NCBI RefSeq assembly: GCF_009914755.1
Contig: NC_060939.1
Length of the DNA: 64,000 nt
Strand: one strand, 5' to 3'
Origin: the human T2T-CHM13v2.0 reference genome, Homo sapiens
Positions 1 through 15,370 of the stretch are shown here, one piece after another. Positions within the stretch are counted from its first letter, which is position 1. Each line of letters starts with the position of its first letter. The translations under genes and the position numbers were made by a program. A model generated the notes under the pieces. It was given only the letters and a program-made list of their open reading frames with translations, was not told where the DNA came from and searched no databases.

Positions 1-2299
1 TCCTGGCTGGTGACCTACCTGCAAGAACAGGCCATTTGGTTTTCCAAGGTCTCTTTTCTCCTACAAGATAGGACTTAGACATACTGCATTATAATTACTT
101 GACCAAAATATATTCTTGTTCTCTGATTTCATTTGACAGAGTGATAGGTAAGAGATATTGGAGAAGAAGCTGCCCACTCCAGTAAAATCCATTGAGCACA
201 GTAAAATAGTGGTCTACCACTTCCTTTGTTTTGCCATCAACTCTTGTCTCTCCACGGTTTTCTAAAGTCCCTGTGACATTGTGCTTAGCCTAAATGTGTC
301 CCATGCCGCTCTTTCCTAATAGCAATGGATGGATTGTTCTTGAGGGAGTTCTTTGCCAAAGTTACTACCATCACCTTTACTCCACAATAGCCTTAATTTA
401 TTAGTTATTCCTTTATAATTATTTTAAAGAGCTCTGGCTTGATTTTTGTGAGAAAGGTGGGTGAAGATTGGCAAATATTGAGGAGAGAGAAAGAGTAACA
501 TGATATTATCTTCTGTAGAGAAATGCATTTTGGGTGTCAGGAACTGACAGGGGAAAAACACGCAGACATTCATGGCAAGAGACTTGATGAAAGCTTAGGG
601 GACTAATCCTGACGCTCACTTTATTTTCTTTTTAATGGGATGTCAGTTCTGAAGAATAAACAGTCTTTCCTGAATCCAGAGTTATAAGCACTTATTTGTC
701 TAGATAAAGTACAGAAAAGAAATATTGTGTGCTGCAGCCCATAAGTCATCTTCACGGCCTTTCAGGTAAACTACCAAGGATTTTTACTGTTCAACTCAGT
801 GGAACACAAATTGGTAAACTGAGAGCTAACTGATCATGGCCATTGAAGCAGTCCAAAACTGACACCCAAAATTTCATCTTAATCTGAAATGCCAACATCA
901 ATTACCTACAAAAGTGCCACAGCAGGGGATACCCACAGAAAGGGCAATGTGCATCAGAGGCTTCAAGGAAGGCAACATTCCAGGGACTTATTCTCAATCA
1001 TTCAAAGGGTTTTCCTTTTTTAAAATTTTACCTGCTATTAAAATTGAAAGCAGCAATTAAGGTAACTTTAAGTTCCAGAGTCCAGAAAATCTGAAGAATG
1101 ATATTCAGAACCAAATGTATATATGGACATGAGTATATATTTTTGAGCTATTTCATCAGAATCATCTGGAAAGCAGAAACACACTTTGGCTAGACTGTTA
1201 GATGTTTCTAGACTCTGTTCCCATTAATTTCTTAATGAATTTTTTTTCTGTTTTAGTGACCATTATGTACCGAGCATTGCGTCCAAGGGCTAAGACCATA
1301 GAGATGATGCAGACAGTCTCTCCCCACATGAAGCTCAATGTCTAGTGGAAAGATAACATAAATTTAACTATGACACAGTAGACTAATGCCATGTTGTCAA
1401 CTGGATTACAATCTCCATGTAACTGAATTCTTGATGAGTGTGTCCTCAACCCTGATTGTAGAAATGGGAAAAGGTTCTCGAACTCTGTGTCATCACCCAA
1501 ATGCTCTACTTTCTCAAGGTTTTCCTCAGCCCTGCATACCCCTGACAATAGTAGAAATAGAGGCCCGTGTTCCATAGTCTAAGTCTTTAAAAATTATAAA
1601 TCGAGCTAACAGACTGAGAAATAAATCATATTTCATCTCCATAGATTGACAAATAGAACTTAGTCTCCACCTGAAAGGCCAAGTTCGAAAGTTTTAGGAG
1701 TTCATGTGATGTCATGGAGTGAGTAGGCCCCAGCTCCTGGCTCCTTCCTTTTAGCCAATCCACCTTCCAGTCCCACTCTGGCTCCATCCTGCATTGTGAA
1801 GGGTCTCTGTGTTCACAGAACACTGAAGACTGGTCAGTCCTTCAGAGGATGGACTGGGGAAGAGCCCACACAGGCCCAGGGATCTGGCTCAGAGATGTTT
1901 CAGCAGGAAATTCTGTGGCCTTGATACATATAGCGTGCTCTAGAAGGGGTGTGCTGTCTTCAAGTGAGTACAACTCCATGATCCCACCTGCCCATCTCTT
2001 CGTGTGCTGCGGTGCAGGCAGTGAAACACAAGAGCAGAGTCCTCTGCTGTGTGGTCTAGGACAGCAGCTTTGCTTGTGCGGGCATGAGAGAGGTACCCAC
2101 TCTTTCCTTCCTGATCTTGCTTCCCTGAGGAAACTGCTCCCCAGAGCCCTCTCAGAAGGCACTTGTTTTCTCTCTTGCACTTCTTGAGGATGGGCTGAGT
2201 GTCTTCCTTGCTCCTCATTGCCACTTCTAGAAATTCCCGTCCCTCGGCCATCTTCAAAGCTTAAGCCCTGGGTCTATATTCCCTGATGGTTCTCTTTGT

Positions 2300-3890
<1,591 letters not shown>

Positions 3891-3899
3891 TCACAGATT

Positions 3900-4055
3900 T
3901 TCTGCAAAGATGGCCACCAAGAATCCTTCTAATCCATAATACTTACATCACTGTTTCCATCAAAAGGCAAAGCATATTTCTCTGGTGGAGCTTGCAACAT
4001 GCTTTGACCAATTAAATACATTGGAAGGGATGCTGTGACAATTGCCAACCTAGGA
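3900..4055 (+). mobile_element. MLT1-type MaLR LTR fragment
   Basis: CAAAGATGGCCACC...TGCTTTGACCAAT...GGAAGGGATGCTGTGAC resembles old MLT1 LTRs. Confidence 0.45.
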
Positions 4056-4478
4056 ATGTGTTATCTCAGTCGCTCTCTCTCTTCCTCTCTCGCTCTCTCT
4101 GTTTGCCCTCTCAATAGATAGATAGATAATCTTTGAAATGCCTGGTCCCTTGCACTTAATACGTTGCAGGGTACGCTCAATAAATAACTACTAATAAATC
4201 ACAGATGGCAGAATTTTGAGGGGGCCTTGAAGAAAAAATTAGAAATCAGGAGGAAAGAAAATGAGAGGAAGCAAAGGCAGAGAGGCATTAAAATTCATGA
4301 AATGTTTGGGATGCCAAGTGGCTCTTTGCATGTCAAATATTAGGATGGGAAGAAAGCAATGATGAAGGTTGAGGCAGATTGTGAACAGTCATGCATTTTG
4401 TGTTATCTATTCAAGTTTAGATGTTATCCTCTATTGACTACAGAGCTTATGTAAGTATAGCTTCCAGATGGAACTTTT

Positions 4479-4940
4479 TTATTTATTTATTTATTTATTT
4501 TTTAATTATACTTTAAGTTTTAGGGTACATGTGCACATTGTGCAGGTTAGTTACATATGTATACATGTGCCATGCTGGTGCGCTGCACCCACTAACTCGT
4601 CATCTAGCATTAGGTATATCTCCCAATGCTATCCCTCCCCCATCCCCCCACCCCACCACAGTCCCCAGAGTGTGATATTCCCCTTCCTGTGTCCATGTGA
4701 TCTCATTGTTCAATTCCCACCTATGAGTGAGAATATGCGGTGTTTGGTTTTTTGTTCTTGCGCTAGTTTACTGAGAATGATGATTTCCAATTTCATCCAT
4801 GTCCCTACAAAGGACATGAACTCATCATTTTTTATGGCTGCATAGTATTCCATGGTGTATATGTGCCACATTTTCTTAATCCATTCTATCATTGTTGGAC
4901 ATTTGGGTTGGTTCCAAGTCTTTGCTATTGTGAATAATGT
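4479..4940 (-). mobile_element. 5'-truncated L1PA2 (3'UTR and ORF2 end)
   Basis: L1 3'UTR with GATGACGAGTTAGT / CACAATGTG / CTTAAAG (not L1HS-Ta ACA/G), (TTTA)n tail, TSD GAACTTTT at 4471-4478 and 4943-4950 followed by AA (TTTT/AA endonuclease site). Confidence 0.92.
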
Positions 4941-6209
4941 TCGAACTTTTAAGTGCAGGTCTTATGTTGTTTCATTGCTCCAGGACCTACAATGGCTCCT
5001 CCCTATTTTCCACCCCTTTTAGTCCTTATCTTTCCTTTCTGACTTTCTTTCCACAGTTTATTTACAACTCCCAATTTGTCACCTAGCCAGGAGATACTGT
5101 TCACTGGAGCATGTGTTTTTCCCATGCACTCTTTAATGGTGCTGTTCTCCCACTTCTAATATCCTTACTGTTCTCATCCCTTTATAAATTCGATGTACTT
5201 TTCAAGATCTTGCATTGCCCCTTGAGGGTTCAAGAATCATTTTGCAATCATTTTAGCCCACAGAATTTTCTCCATTTTCCAAATCCCTCTTTTATTATGG
5301 TTAATACAAAAACATGGTGTGACATTTGATTGTTGTCCATATATGTTATATGTGTTTAGTCCTAAAATCCAAGTATAGGATAAACTTCTTGAGGGAAAGA
5401 TTTATGTCTTATGATACATTTCCACATTCTTTGCAGTTTTAATGTAGCTGGGAGGACAGTGGTTGTGAGCTAGTTACATAGGGCAAACCCAGGGCATCTA
5501 CTGTCAAAGGTTGGGGTTGGGAAGGGCGGCAGAGGAGGATTCTGCTGGTATCAGTGGTGCCAATGACTTATATACAGGAAAGTAGCTATTTTATTCTAAG
5601 ATCTGTTCTAAATGTCCCCTTCTAAAAGGGCAGAGTATTGTCTTCCCTTACCTGCAGCATTCCATAGAGTAGCAAATATACAGAAATACAGCTCACAAAA
5701 TGCAAAGGAGGAAACTAAAATTGTAACACTGGAACAACAGTGAATAAGGTTACTTATAAGGAACAGATGAATAAGGTTACTAGAGTGGGTATTTTTAAAA
5801 GCCCAGGTTTCTGTTCTGGTATCATAGATTGTGGAAGTAGAAACACCAGCAGTCAGAGCTGTGGAACAGCCAAAAATCAGTTTAAAATCTGAGCCCAGCA
5901 CAATTGCTAAGGAAAAGCTGTGAATTCTCTACAATTGATATGAAAAGCCAATGATAAGAGGAAGCTGTGAGCACAGTTCAGCATGGCATGAAACAAAATC
6001 AAAGGACACAGAGCAGGCACACAATGTGAAACCTTAATAACAAAAGAAAATTTAAACTAGATTCCCCAGTCTTTTACCGATAAGAGTTGAAAAGCTAATA
6101 CCAGAATTATACTGTCCATCATAATATTATAATAGATATAATTACAATGGAGATTCTTTTCTTGAGCAAAACACATATTGCTCAAGTTTGAATAATGCTG
6201 GTATACTGG

Positions 6210-6490
6210 AAAACATTTTGCACCGAAGGTCAGGAAACTTGACCTTGGACCTACTCATGCCTATTGCTATCTGCTCATTTATTCTTTCATGTATTCATTC
6301 AATCATTCCAACAAAACGTTTAAATGTTGTCGGAATGATTGAATGAATACGTAAGTGAGCTTAAGCAAATGTCTCAGACTTCTGGAATTCAGATTACTCA
6401 TTTGTAAAATAGGGATAATAATCCTTATACTGACAACCTTATAAGGTCTACAAAGAATCTGATGAGATAGTGTGAAAAGCAATTAAACTA
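6210..6490 (+). mobile_element. MIR relic interrupted by an L2-tail-derived palindrome
   Basis: MIR core-like CAGATTACTCATTTGTAAAATAGGGATAATAAT downstream of the palindrome, and MIR 5'-like sequence upstream of it. Confidence 0.55.
6289..6352. repeat. Near-perfect inverted repeat (hairpin)
   Basis: GTATTCATTCAATCATTCC (6291-6309) is the exact reverse complement of GGAATGATTGAATGAATAC (6332-6350). Confidence 0.95.
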
Positions 6491-8224
6491 CAAATACAAC
6501 TGACATAAGTTTGTTCAACTTATTTAAATCTGGCCCAAGTAGTGTAGTAATTATCTTGGCACTACATCTGCAGAAAGCATCTTTTGATCTTCTAAGCCAC
6601 TATTGAAACTATGAACAGTGCTCAATCATCTATTCTATGTGCTTTCAGCACACTCCATATGTGGTTCAATGTTACTTGAAAACTGTCAAATATCGATTGG
6701 GATTCATCTGATTCCATTGATCTTTTTACTCATCTAAATAGAAATATCAGATTCAAAATTTATCACATGGAAAAAAATGAAGAAAAAGAAAAAGCTTCTG
6801 TTGCTCGTAAACATATCCAGATGGTGGTAGAGAAGGCTGTGGTGGACTGCTTTTTTGTGCAGATACTACCTCTGTCTTCCAGAAAGCCCCGTCTTCTCTA
6901 TTTGTGTCCAGGTGGATTCAAGTACACCTTTCCCAGGTGCCAACATTCAACATGCTTTATAAGGATGCCTACCAGTTCTTTCCCTTTCTGTAAAAGGGCC
7001 TGTTTTTAAGAAAACATTGCTTGGCAGTTGTAAACTCAATGGTTAGAATAGCCAGCATATAAGCACAAGTATATTTCTAGCCCAAAGATGGAAGAAGATA
7101 GGTTCTCTTACTTCTTCACTCTTTGGTGGTTTCTCAAAGAATGGGAGAATTCAGATGTTTAACCATCTTTCCTTCTTTGTTTGGCTTAGTTTTTCATCAG
7201 TGACCAATCTCCTTCCTGCATGTAAATGGGCTATTTTGGAGGCAGAAAAAAATTCCATAATTATGTGGAATAATTTTTAACCCCATTACAGTAAGTCTTC
7301 TACATCCTACCATCAATAGGTTCTTGGAAACTGCAACTTTTAAGTGAAACAATGTATAAGAAAACCAACTTTTTTTCTCATCAATGTTATAACAAAAGGA
7401 TGTTATTTGAGGACTTGTTGTAGGTCATTTTGCTTAAAGTCACAGTTTCTAACAGTCTGTCAATATCAAGTGAGGACTTACTGTACTGTTTTTAGTGTAT
7501 ACATAAAGTCAAAGAAACATACCTCTCTCAGGACCTGGACAAAGTAATGGCCAGAAATATCATCAAATAAATAAAGGAGTTCTCCCCTGATCCAGTGCTC
7601 TCCCCTCACATGTGACATGCTTGTCTGTACTGAGCTTTAGAGTTTATGGAACATTGTCTCTGGAACACTCTCATTCATAATCACAATAACTATGTGAGGT
7701 CTGTTATCCCCAGTTTATATGGGATAATTCCAAAGGATGAATTGATTCTCAGGGGCTCAGTCAGTTGTATTGGAATTCAGGTGTTTTGACTCCCAGGACT
7801 TTGCTGGTGACTTTCCAAACGATCTCGTATGGCCAGGAAGGTGAACCTAGCACTGGGTGATAGACATATTGCCACCTTGGTGCTCTATGTGAGTCATCTT
7901 ATCACCAATTGCATTTATGGAAATACATGAAAAATTTCCGAAATTTCACAACTTATTTATTACTGTCCTTATCATGTGGGTACTTTGTCTATCTTGACAG
8001 GGTGGACTGCATATCTTGACATATTGTGAAACTTCTTCTAAGTTCTCTTAACCCATCATATGAAAAACCATACCTTCCCAATCCCTGGGCATTTAACAAT
8101 GTGATGGGGCTGTTCTACAAGGAGTGCACTCTGAGTTCCAGTTGATAGAAATACAGTGTTTGGAATGTAGAAGGGGACGGTGCTAGTCTATGCTGCTTAG
8201 ATCACACCTCAAACACAACTTTTA

Positions 8225-8640
8225 CTTCAGGACATTGATAAAATAAAATAGTGTCTGTGTTCAGAGGATTGTGTCTCCACCATTAGGAACTAGGGATTTG
8301 GGCTTAGGGAGAATATGATTGCTGCCTTCACGTTGGGAAAGGCTGTCAGAGGGAAGACAGATTAGGCTCACTGTTTGCTGCCCTCCAAAGCCAAACTAGG
8401 GTCAGTGGGTGGAAGCTACAGGGAGGTGGACTGGGGCTCTGTGGAAAGCAGAGCTTTCCACATTATGAGATCAGTTCATGCTGGAGTGAGCTGCCCCGGG
8501 AGGTAGGAAACTCCCAGGTACCAGAGATATGCAAGCAAAGACTGAGCCACGCTTTGGCAGAGCTGTCGCTGCAAGAATTCAAGCACCAGAGGGAGACAGA
8601 AGGAAATAATGTCTCAGATCCCTTTTATTCCAGATGTTCT
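8225..8640 (+). mobile_element. L3/CR1 LINE 3' relic
   Basis: AAACTAGGGTCAGTGGGTGGAAGCTACAGGGAGG...GGAGTGAGCTGCCCCGGGAGGTAG...AGATCCCTT resembles the CR1/L3 3' end. Confidence 0.65.
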
Positions 8641-8924
8641 CAAAATGTTCTCCCAAAATTCATGGCAGAACAACCTGCCTAGAGGCGTCTCTTATTTTTA
8701 GATCTTTTAAACCAGCTTACTTAAACACCTCCACCAACAAGCAAACAGGAATTTGTTGTTTGGGGATATTTCTTTGGGTTTGTTCTCAATTTTTTTTATT
8801 TCCTCCCTTTTAAGAGGAAAAAGTGTATTCCACAGTGGAAATGTAAACATCCTCAAATTGCTTGTAAACTCCTTAAATTTAAGGGAAGTTTTCCATTTTT
8901 CTTTTTATAGAAAACAGTATCACC

Positions 8925-9045
8925 CTGGTGGGGGATATTGGGAAAGATTATGAATGTGTCGGGGTAGAAAGTATATGAGAAATCTCTGTACCTTCCACTC
9001 AATTGTACTGCGAACCTAAAACTGCTCTTAAAAAAAAAAGTCTAC
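8925..9045 (+). mobile_element. Old L1M 3'-end fragment
   Basis: ATATGAGAAATCTCTGTACCTTCCACTCAATT...GAACCTAAAACTGCTCT followed by an A-run. Confidence 0.7.
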
Positions 9046-9179
9046 CAAACAAACAAACATAGTTTGTGCAAAAGGACCTTGACCCTGCCACATTTCTGAG
9101 AAGGGGATTGCGATGCTCTTTCATGAGTTTTTCTGATATTTTTTATCAGCAGGCAAGAAATGGTACATCAAACTTCATA

Positions 9180-9607
9180 ACTGAACTGAGTGTAACACAG
9201 GAAATGCTTTCGAAGATATGAACAGGGTGTAGGAAAATAAATTGTGCAGAACCCAGGGTCTCATAGTAGTGGATGCAATTACCACCCTATTCCTGAAGAA
9301 GTAAAGGAAGGAGCGGTTTTCAAGATCCACTGAGGGTCCTTGTATGGAAAGGAGGACTGTCTGGAGTGGGGTCATTGGTAGAGGAACCCAGCCAGCCCAC
9401 TATGATATTGCAGGGAAGGAACTGAGGAAAACGTTTCTTCATTTTCCTCCCAGCCTCTGTCACTTACTAGCACCTCCTATGGGCAGAGTCAACTGGAAGC
9501 CAGCAGGCAAGGGCACCTATTGGTGCTGTCCACATGCCCTGACACACACAGAGCATGGGATAGGGTGGAGAGTAAATATGGAGAGGCAAGTGGAAAGTAT
9601 CTAGCAC
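9180..9607. mobile_element. Ancient ERVL/MaLR-type LTR relic
   Basis: AACTGGAAGCCAGCAGGCAAGGG...GGGTGGAGAGTAAATATGGAGAGGCAAGTGGAAAGTATCTAGCAC resembles old ERVL-class LTR ends. Confidence 0.45.
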
Positions 9608-10811
9608 TGTCCTTTCCCATAGCACAAATCCAGGTACCCATTTATTATCTGTTATACCTGTAGCCTGGAATGGACCTCTCTGCAGAGTCTCTGTAATTGA
9701 CTAAGTCTTGTAGTTGATTCTAAAATAGGATTAAAAGCAGTCATTGTTTTCAAAGAAGTTTTATCTTCTGATTATAGAAACCAAAAAAAAGGTATCAACA
9801 ATAAGTATTTTCATGGCAATCATATTTGGGTCCATTTGAGAAAGGGTTTTATAACGGAAGATTTTCTGATACTCCTGTTTCCCAAAAAGCTTTACCAGAA
9901 TTGAATGGCTCCTTCTCCCAAAGAAGCCACAAGCTTCTTATTGTCTCTTTCTCCCACAGCCATGTTGTACTGTCTTTCATGTGAAATCTGTGCTATACTT
10001 TCTAATTTTATTATAAATGCTCATATTTGATAAAACATTGCATTGCTTTTAAAATAAAAACATTTCATTTTATTAGATAGGATTGCATGTAAGGAAGACA
10101 GTTTCAGTATTGGTGGCAGAGCCTATAACAAGTTGCCAATAGAAAATGCATACTCTGTTTATGGGATGTGAAATACCACAGTGTTGGGGCAATCAATGTG
10201 GCTATGCCTGCATATAGGGGGATGGGCTCAATGGGTATCCCAGATTCTGTGTACATATTTCCTCCTCCTCACCCAGAGGAATTATCAGAAAACTAGTGAG
10301 TCTGGTATTTAAACATAAATTCTTCTGTAATTTGGTGCTCTTCAGTGGAGGTTTTCAGAGCTCAATTTCAGTTTCATCTCAAAGTGGAATTTCAGAGTTA
10401 CTTGACAATAACAGGTTTGCTCTTGAAAAATGAAAATGGAAAGTGAAGTCTGGATTCCCCCAGCCCCACCCCCATCCCTTTTACCCTGCTGAGGACTTTC
10501 AGCCTCTTCCAGAGTAAAGAACATGCTCAGCGTTGATGGAAACGCGGTGAGCTACCTTGTGGAAACGCTTTAGTGCAGTTAAATGTTTACTGTAGCAGAA
10601 ATGTCCAAATCACCCAGAGAAATTCATAGCACTAAAAGCATTAAAGCTTGCATACTCTTGTGGATTCATATATTCAGCCTCCTGAAAGATCTAACGTGCA
10701 TTTGAACTCAAATGCAATATATACAAATAGGCCATGAGGTAGTCTCATATTTTGAACCTGGATTTTCTCGCACTGCATATAGGAGGGTTTTCTTTTTCAT
10801 TCATCTGGCTA

Positions 10812-11184
<373 letters not shown>

Positions 11185-12619
11185 CTAGATAATCTCTTAA
11201 AAAGAAATTTCCCTCAAACGATAATCATAAGTCCTTGACTTTGGGGACTAGGTTGGAAGACATTGGTAGAGCTGGGGACTATTTAGATTCTGATGGGGTA
11301 AGTAGAGATATTCTGGATTTCTAAAGTATAAAAGCTGTTTGTAGCTAATAAAAATCTAACTAAAAATCAAATCTTCTGTTTAATACTTTGGAATTCAATG
11401 TCACTTAAGTTAGTAGAATTCTTTAAAAAAAATGAAGATAAAAGGTGAAACCAATAAAAATATAATTCATTGCCAGGAATTAGATAGACAAGTAGTAGAA
11501 TATTTATTAATTTATGGTCTTAGTTTAAACAAATGGTTTTTCAGATAGCACTTCTCAATTACTCTATGCTAGTTACATTTTAAGGCTAGAAAAAGATTCA
11601 GTTTAGATCATAATATATGAACCTCTTGTGATTTACTTTTTGATAAATATTGCCCAGTGAAATTTTTTTTCAGATGCAACATATTGGCTTTTCCCAGAAA
11701 ATACTCGAAGCAGATGCCTTTCCTAAGTAAAGCTGAAATATGTACAAATTTATCAAAAGGACATTCTCAGTTCAAATAATGAAAAGCTACCCATTGGTCA
11801 AATAATTGAAGGTTGGGCAGAGGGAGAATCCAGAATATATTGCACGTTACACCAGTCCTTGCACAAATATATCTTGGGAGACAGCCTGCTCTGTGCTTTT
11901 GCAATAGAGTTGGTCTGGAAAGTGACATAAAACCTTCGCTATATCATGTGCATTTTGTACACTTTACAGTGTTTTGGTAATACAAATATGGAAAGGGTTT
12001 GTCAGAGTGTGAAAATGACAAATGATTACATATAAATTTTTTCTTACGTTTCAGGTGGGAATAGAAGGCAGAGGAATTGTGTGCAACGGTCACACTTTTC
12101 TTAAATTCTTGTCACCATTTAACCAATAAGATCAGTAATTACCCTGTTTGGTCTCTGTTTGTCCAAAGCTGTCCCTCAGTGGAAGAAAAAATAAAAACCA
12201 TAATATAGGTAGCAATTTGTAAGGAACAGGAAGCAGTTTCTGTGTTTAGGCCAATGGTAAAATGCAGCTCCTTTCAGAATCTTACAGAAGTACACAGGGC
12301 AGGGACTGGATAATCGCTGGACATTCTTAGTTCCCAGGGTCATATTTCTCACACGGACGGCCGTGGGCAAAACGCAAAAACCTCATTATATGTCAAGACG
12401 TCCACTGCTTTAAAATTCCTCAGTAGTACTCCATCATTTGAATATGATGTCCTTATCATTCTGAGTGGCATGCAAGACACTTCATAGCCTGGCCCTTGCT
12501 CTGTCTCTCCAGGCTCATATCCTGACACCCACATGTCCGCCAATCACCATAGGTGTATCACCATCAATTACTGTAGCTCCTAAGTGAACTATGTCCCCAA
12601 GTCTTCCTTCCTTTCTTTA

Positions 12620-13300
12620 ACTCATTCATTACATATTTCCTGGGTACCTGCTACATGCCAGATAAGACCAAATGATGAGCAAGTCAACATGATCCAAAGG
12701 CTTGTGCAATTTATGGCCTGGTGGGGCTAACAAAGAAAAATAACAACCCCCATCTCTGCCAAAACAAAAAATAAACATGAATAAAATAATTACAAATTGT
12801 GACAGCTGCTTGGACGGAAAAAACTTGAGTGTTTACATAGAGACTATCAGGGAGGAGAGGAAGGTGGTGACATTCAGGGGGTACCAGGTGAAAATCCATG
12901 GCAAAGACTTCCAGACAGAGGAAACAGCATGTGCAAGTCCTAATGTGAAAAGGGCTTTTTCAGGCTCACGGAATTGAATAAAGGCTAATGCAGCTGGAGT
13001 GTGGTAGTTGTGGGGGACACAGTACCAGGTGAGGATGAAGCGAGAGCCAGGCATCAGATCATGCAGGGCCTTGTAGCTCATAGCAAGGGGCTTTATTCCA
13101 AGTGCAATAGAAGTCATGGGATGGATTTGAGCAAAGGGGTAATGTGATTTAATTTACATTTTTAAACAATTGCTCTGGCTGCTGTATGATAAATGAATCA
13201 ACAGAAAATAGGGGGAGCCTTTATTTAGAAGGCTATTCTGGAAGACAAGAAAAGGGATGATAGTGGATGGATTCATGAGATATATGGAAGTGGAATTAAC
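12620..13300 (-). mobile_element. L2 relic
   Basis: Begins with reversed L2 tail TCATTCATT...TACCTGCTACATGCCAG; purine-rich L2 body follows. Confidence 0.7.
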
Positions 13301-13339
13301 AATGCAATTGAGGTTTTGTCTTTCTGACTAATTCCTACT

Positions 13340-13615
13340 TCCTTGAAGGCTCAGTCCAAGCATCACCTCCCCTACAAAGCTATTTTGAAGGCCCCCCAGT
13401 CCTCAAAGGGTTGGAGGCTCTCTTCTGTTTTCCAAGCAGCCTGTACCAGGCCTCCACACGTGACACACCATAATATTGACTTGCTTGTCTGCCTTCTATA
13501 AGACTGTGAACTTTGTTAGCACAGAGGCTATGTCTTGTCCTTGTCTGCATCTCCAGCCTGAGCACAGAGCCGGTGCATAAGAGGAGCTCAATGGCTGGCA
13601 GGCGCATGGGTGAAT
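13340..13615 (+). mobile_element. L2 3'-end relic
   Basis: GACTGTGAACTT...ATCTCCAGCCTGAGCACAGAGCCGGTGCATAAGAGGAGCTCAAT. Confidence 0.65.
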
Positions 13616-14223
13616 TGTGCCCTCTGGCCTGCTGGAGAGCTCTTCACATGACACGAACCCCTGAGTGGGAGCCAGACCCAGGCTTTGGGATTGATTCTGA
13701 TATTGAAAGACCTGTGGAAGAGCTACTGCATACCAAGGACACCTATGTCCGTGAAAAGTGACCAAGAAATCTCAGACAGGAAGGCAAATTGATTTTTCCA
13801 AGTCATTTCAGAGGAAGGAGTTCTTGACTGAGGTGGACTCTCTTGCAAGTACTTCGAGTTCCATTTCTAACTCTGCTGCGACAATTACATTTCAGAAACA
13901 CTTGCTTGGAACGTATAGCTCAGCAGACACTGTCATTTTTGACAAGGGTTTGCATTTATCAGTTGTGTTTCTGGGAGCTGTTGGACAGAAATCATAACCA
14001 AGCTGTCACTACAGCCTCCCATTACCTTCAAACAGATTCCTTTTAATTCACCTCCATGTAGATTTAAGCGTCTAACAAGCATCAGGTGCCTGGCTGTTGG
14101 AGTAGGGATGAATGTCAGGATATTTATAAAGGGTCTCTGTTCCTGAGAACCCACAGTTCTCTAAACAACTAAATAAGCACTTGTAATTGAGGATAGATAT
14201 ATGTATATGTATTTATACATGTA

Positions 14224-14579
14224 TAGTCATGCACCAGTCAACAAACGACCATATATACGATGGTGGCCCCATAAGATTATAACGGAGCTGAAAAATCCCC
14301 ATTACCTAATGATGTTGTAGTTGTCATAACATCCTAGTGCAACATATTACATTTTACGTATTTAGGTACACAGATACTTACCACTGTGTTACAACTGCCT
14401 ACAGTATTCAGTACAGTGACATGCTGTACAGGTTTGTAGCCTGGAGCAATAGTACACCATTATAGCGTAGGTGTTTTGTGGGCTATACTACCTAGGTTTG
14501 TTGATGTTTGCACAGTGACAAAATTGTCTAACACTACATTTCTCAGAATGCATCCTTGTTGTTAAGCAATGTGTGACTG
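14224..14579. mobile_element. Tigger3-family (TcMar) non-autonomous DNA transposon
   Basis: Ends (C/T)AGTCATGC...GTGTGACTG flanked by TA; internal ATATACGATGGTGGCCCCATAAGATTATAACGGAGCTG. Confidence 0.8.
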
Positions 14580-14631
14580 TATATGTGTGTGTGTATATAT
14601 ATGTGTGTGTTTGTGTATAACACTATGTATG

Positions 14632-14662
<31 letters not shown>
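14580..14662. repeat. Compound (TG/TA)n-(CA)n microsatellite
   Basis: Directly visible. Confidence 0.9.
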
Positions 14663-14824
14663 CTGGTGGGAGAAAAAAATAATGGGATAATTTATTCATT
14701 CTTCTGGGAGAAAGAAAAAAGTGTGTATTTGGTCAGGGAGAAGCTTAACTTGACTTGGGTTAGTAGGAGTTTGTTATCAGTCTCTCTCTGTTAACTTCCC
14801 AGAGGCAGGAAAGCCCAAGGTTTA

Positions 14825-15370
14825 AGGTCTTTAGCACCAGAGCTAGATAGCCTGGGTTCAAATCTTCTAGTTATTTAACTACTCTTCACCTCAGTTTACT
14901 CAACTGTAAAATGGGATAATAATAAAGCATATCACAGAGTGTTGCAGTGAGAATTAAATACGTTAGTACCTATGCGCATGGAAAGGTCATTCCAGAGGGA
15001 ATAGTATGCACAGAGGTGATGGATGTCCCTGGAATGTCAAAGAAGAGCAAACCTCTGGTGTGAACAAAATACAGGGTGTGTTTGCGTAGGAAGATTAGAG
15101 GGGTGATTGGAAACACAGTTTGTGGCCCAGGTCCTGAAGGGTTTTGTAAGTCATACTAAGAAATTGGATTCTAGGCCATAGGCAATGAGAACTATCAATG
15201 ATTTCAAACGAGGGAATGGTATGATCATGTCTATGTTTTAGAACAATCCTTCTAGAATAAATAGAAAGTTTGGACCAGAGGAAGAAAGAAATGAGAGGCA
15301 GAGTCCAACCAGATGGTTACAGCAATAATCCACGTCAAATGATTTAAAATCTGGAATAGGATGGTAGTAA
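14825..15370. mobile_element. MIR (+, ~14825-14975) followed by an L2 relic (-)
   Basis: CCTGGGTTCAAATC...CCTCAGTTTACTCAACTGTAAAATGGGATAATAA, then purine-rich L2-like sequence. Confidence 0.65.

Noticed and set aside
1842-2257. Overlapping 105-112 aa ORFs in a GC-richer patch
   Set aside because: No recognisable domain, exon structure or promoter; consistent with chance ORFs.
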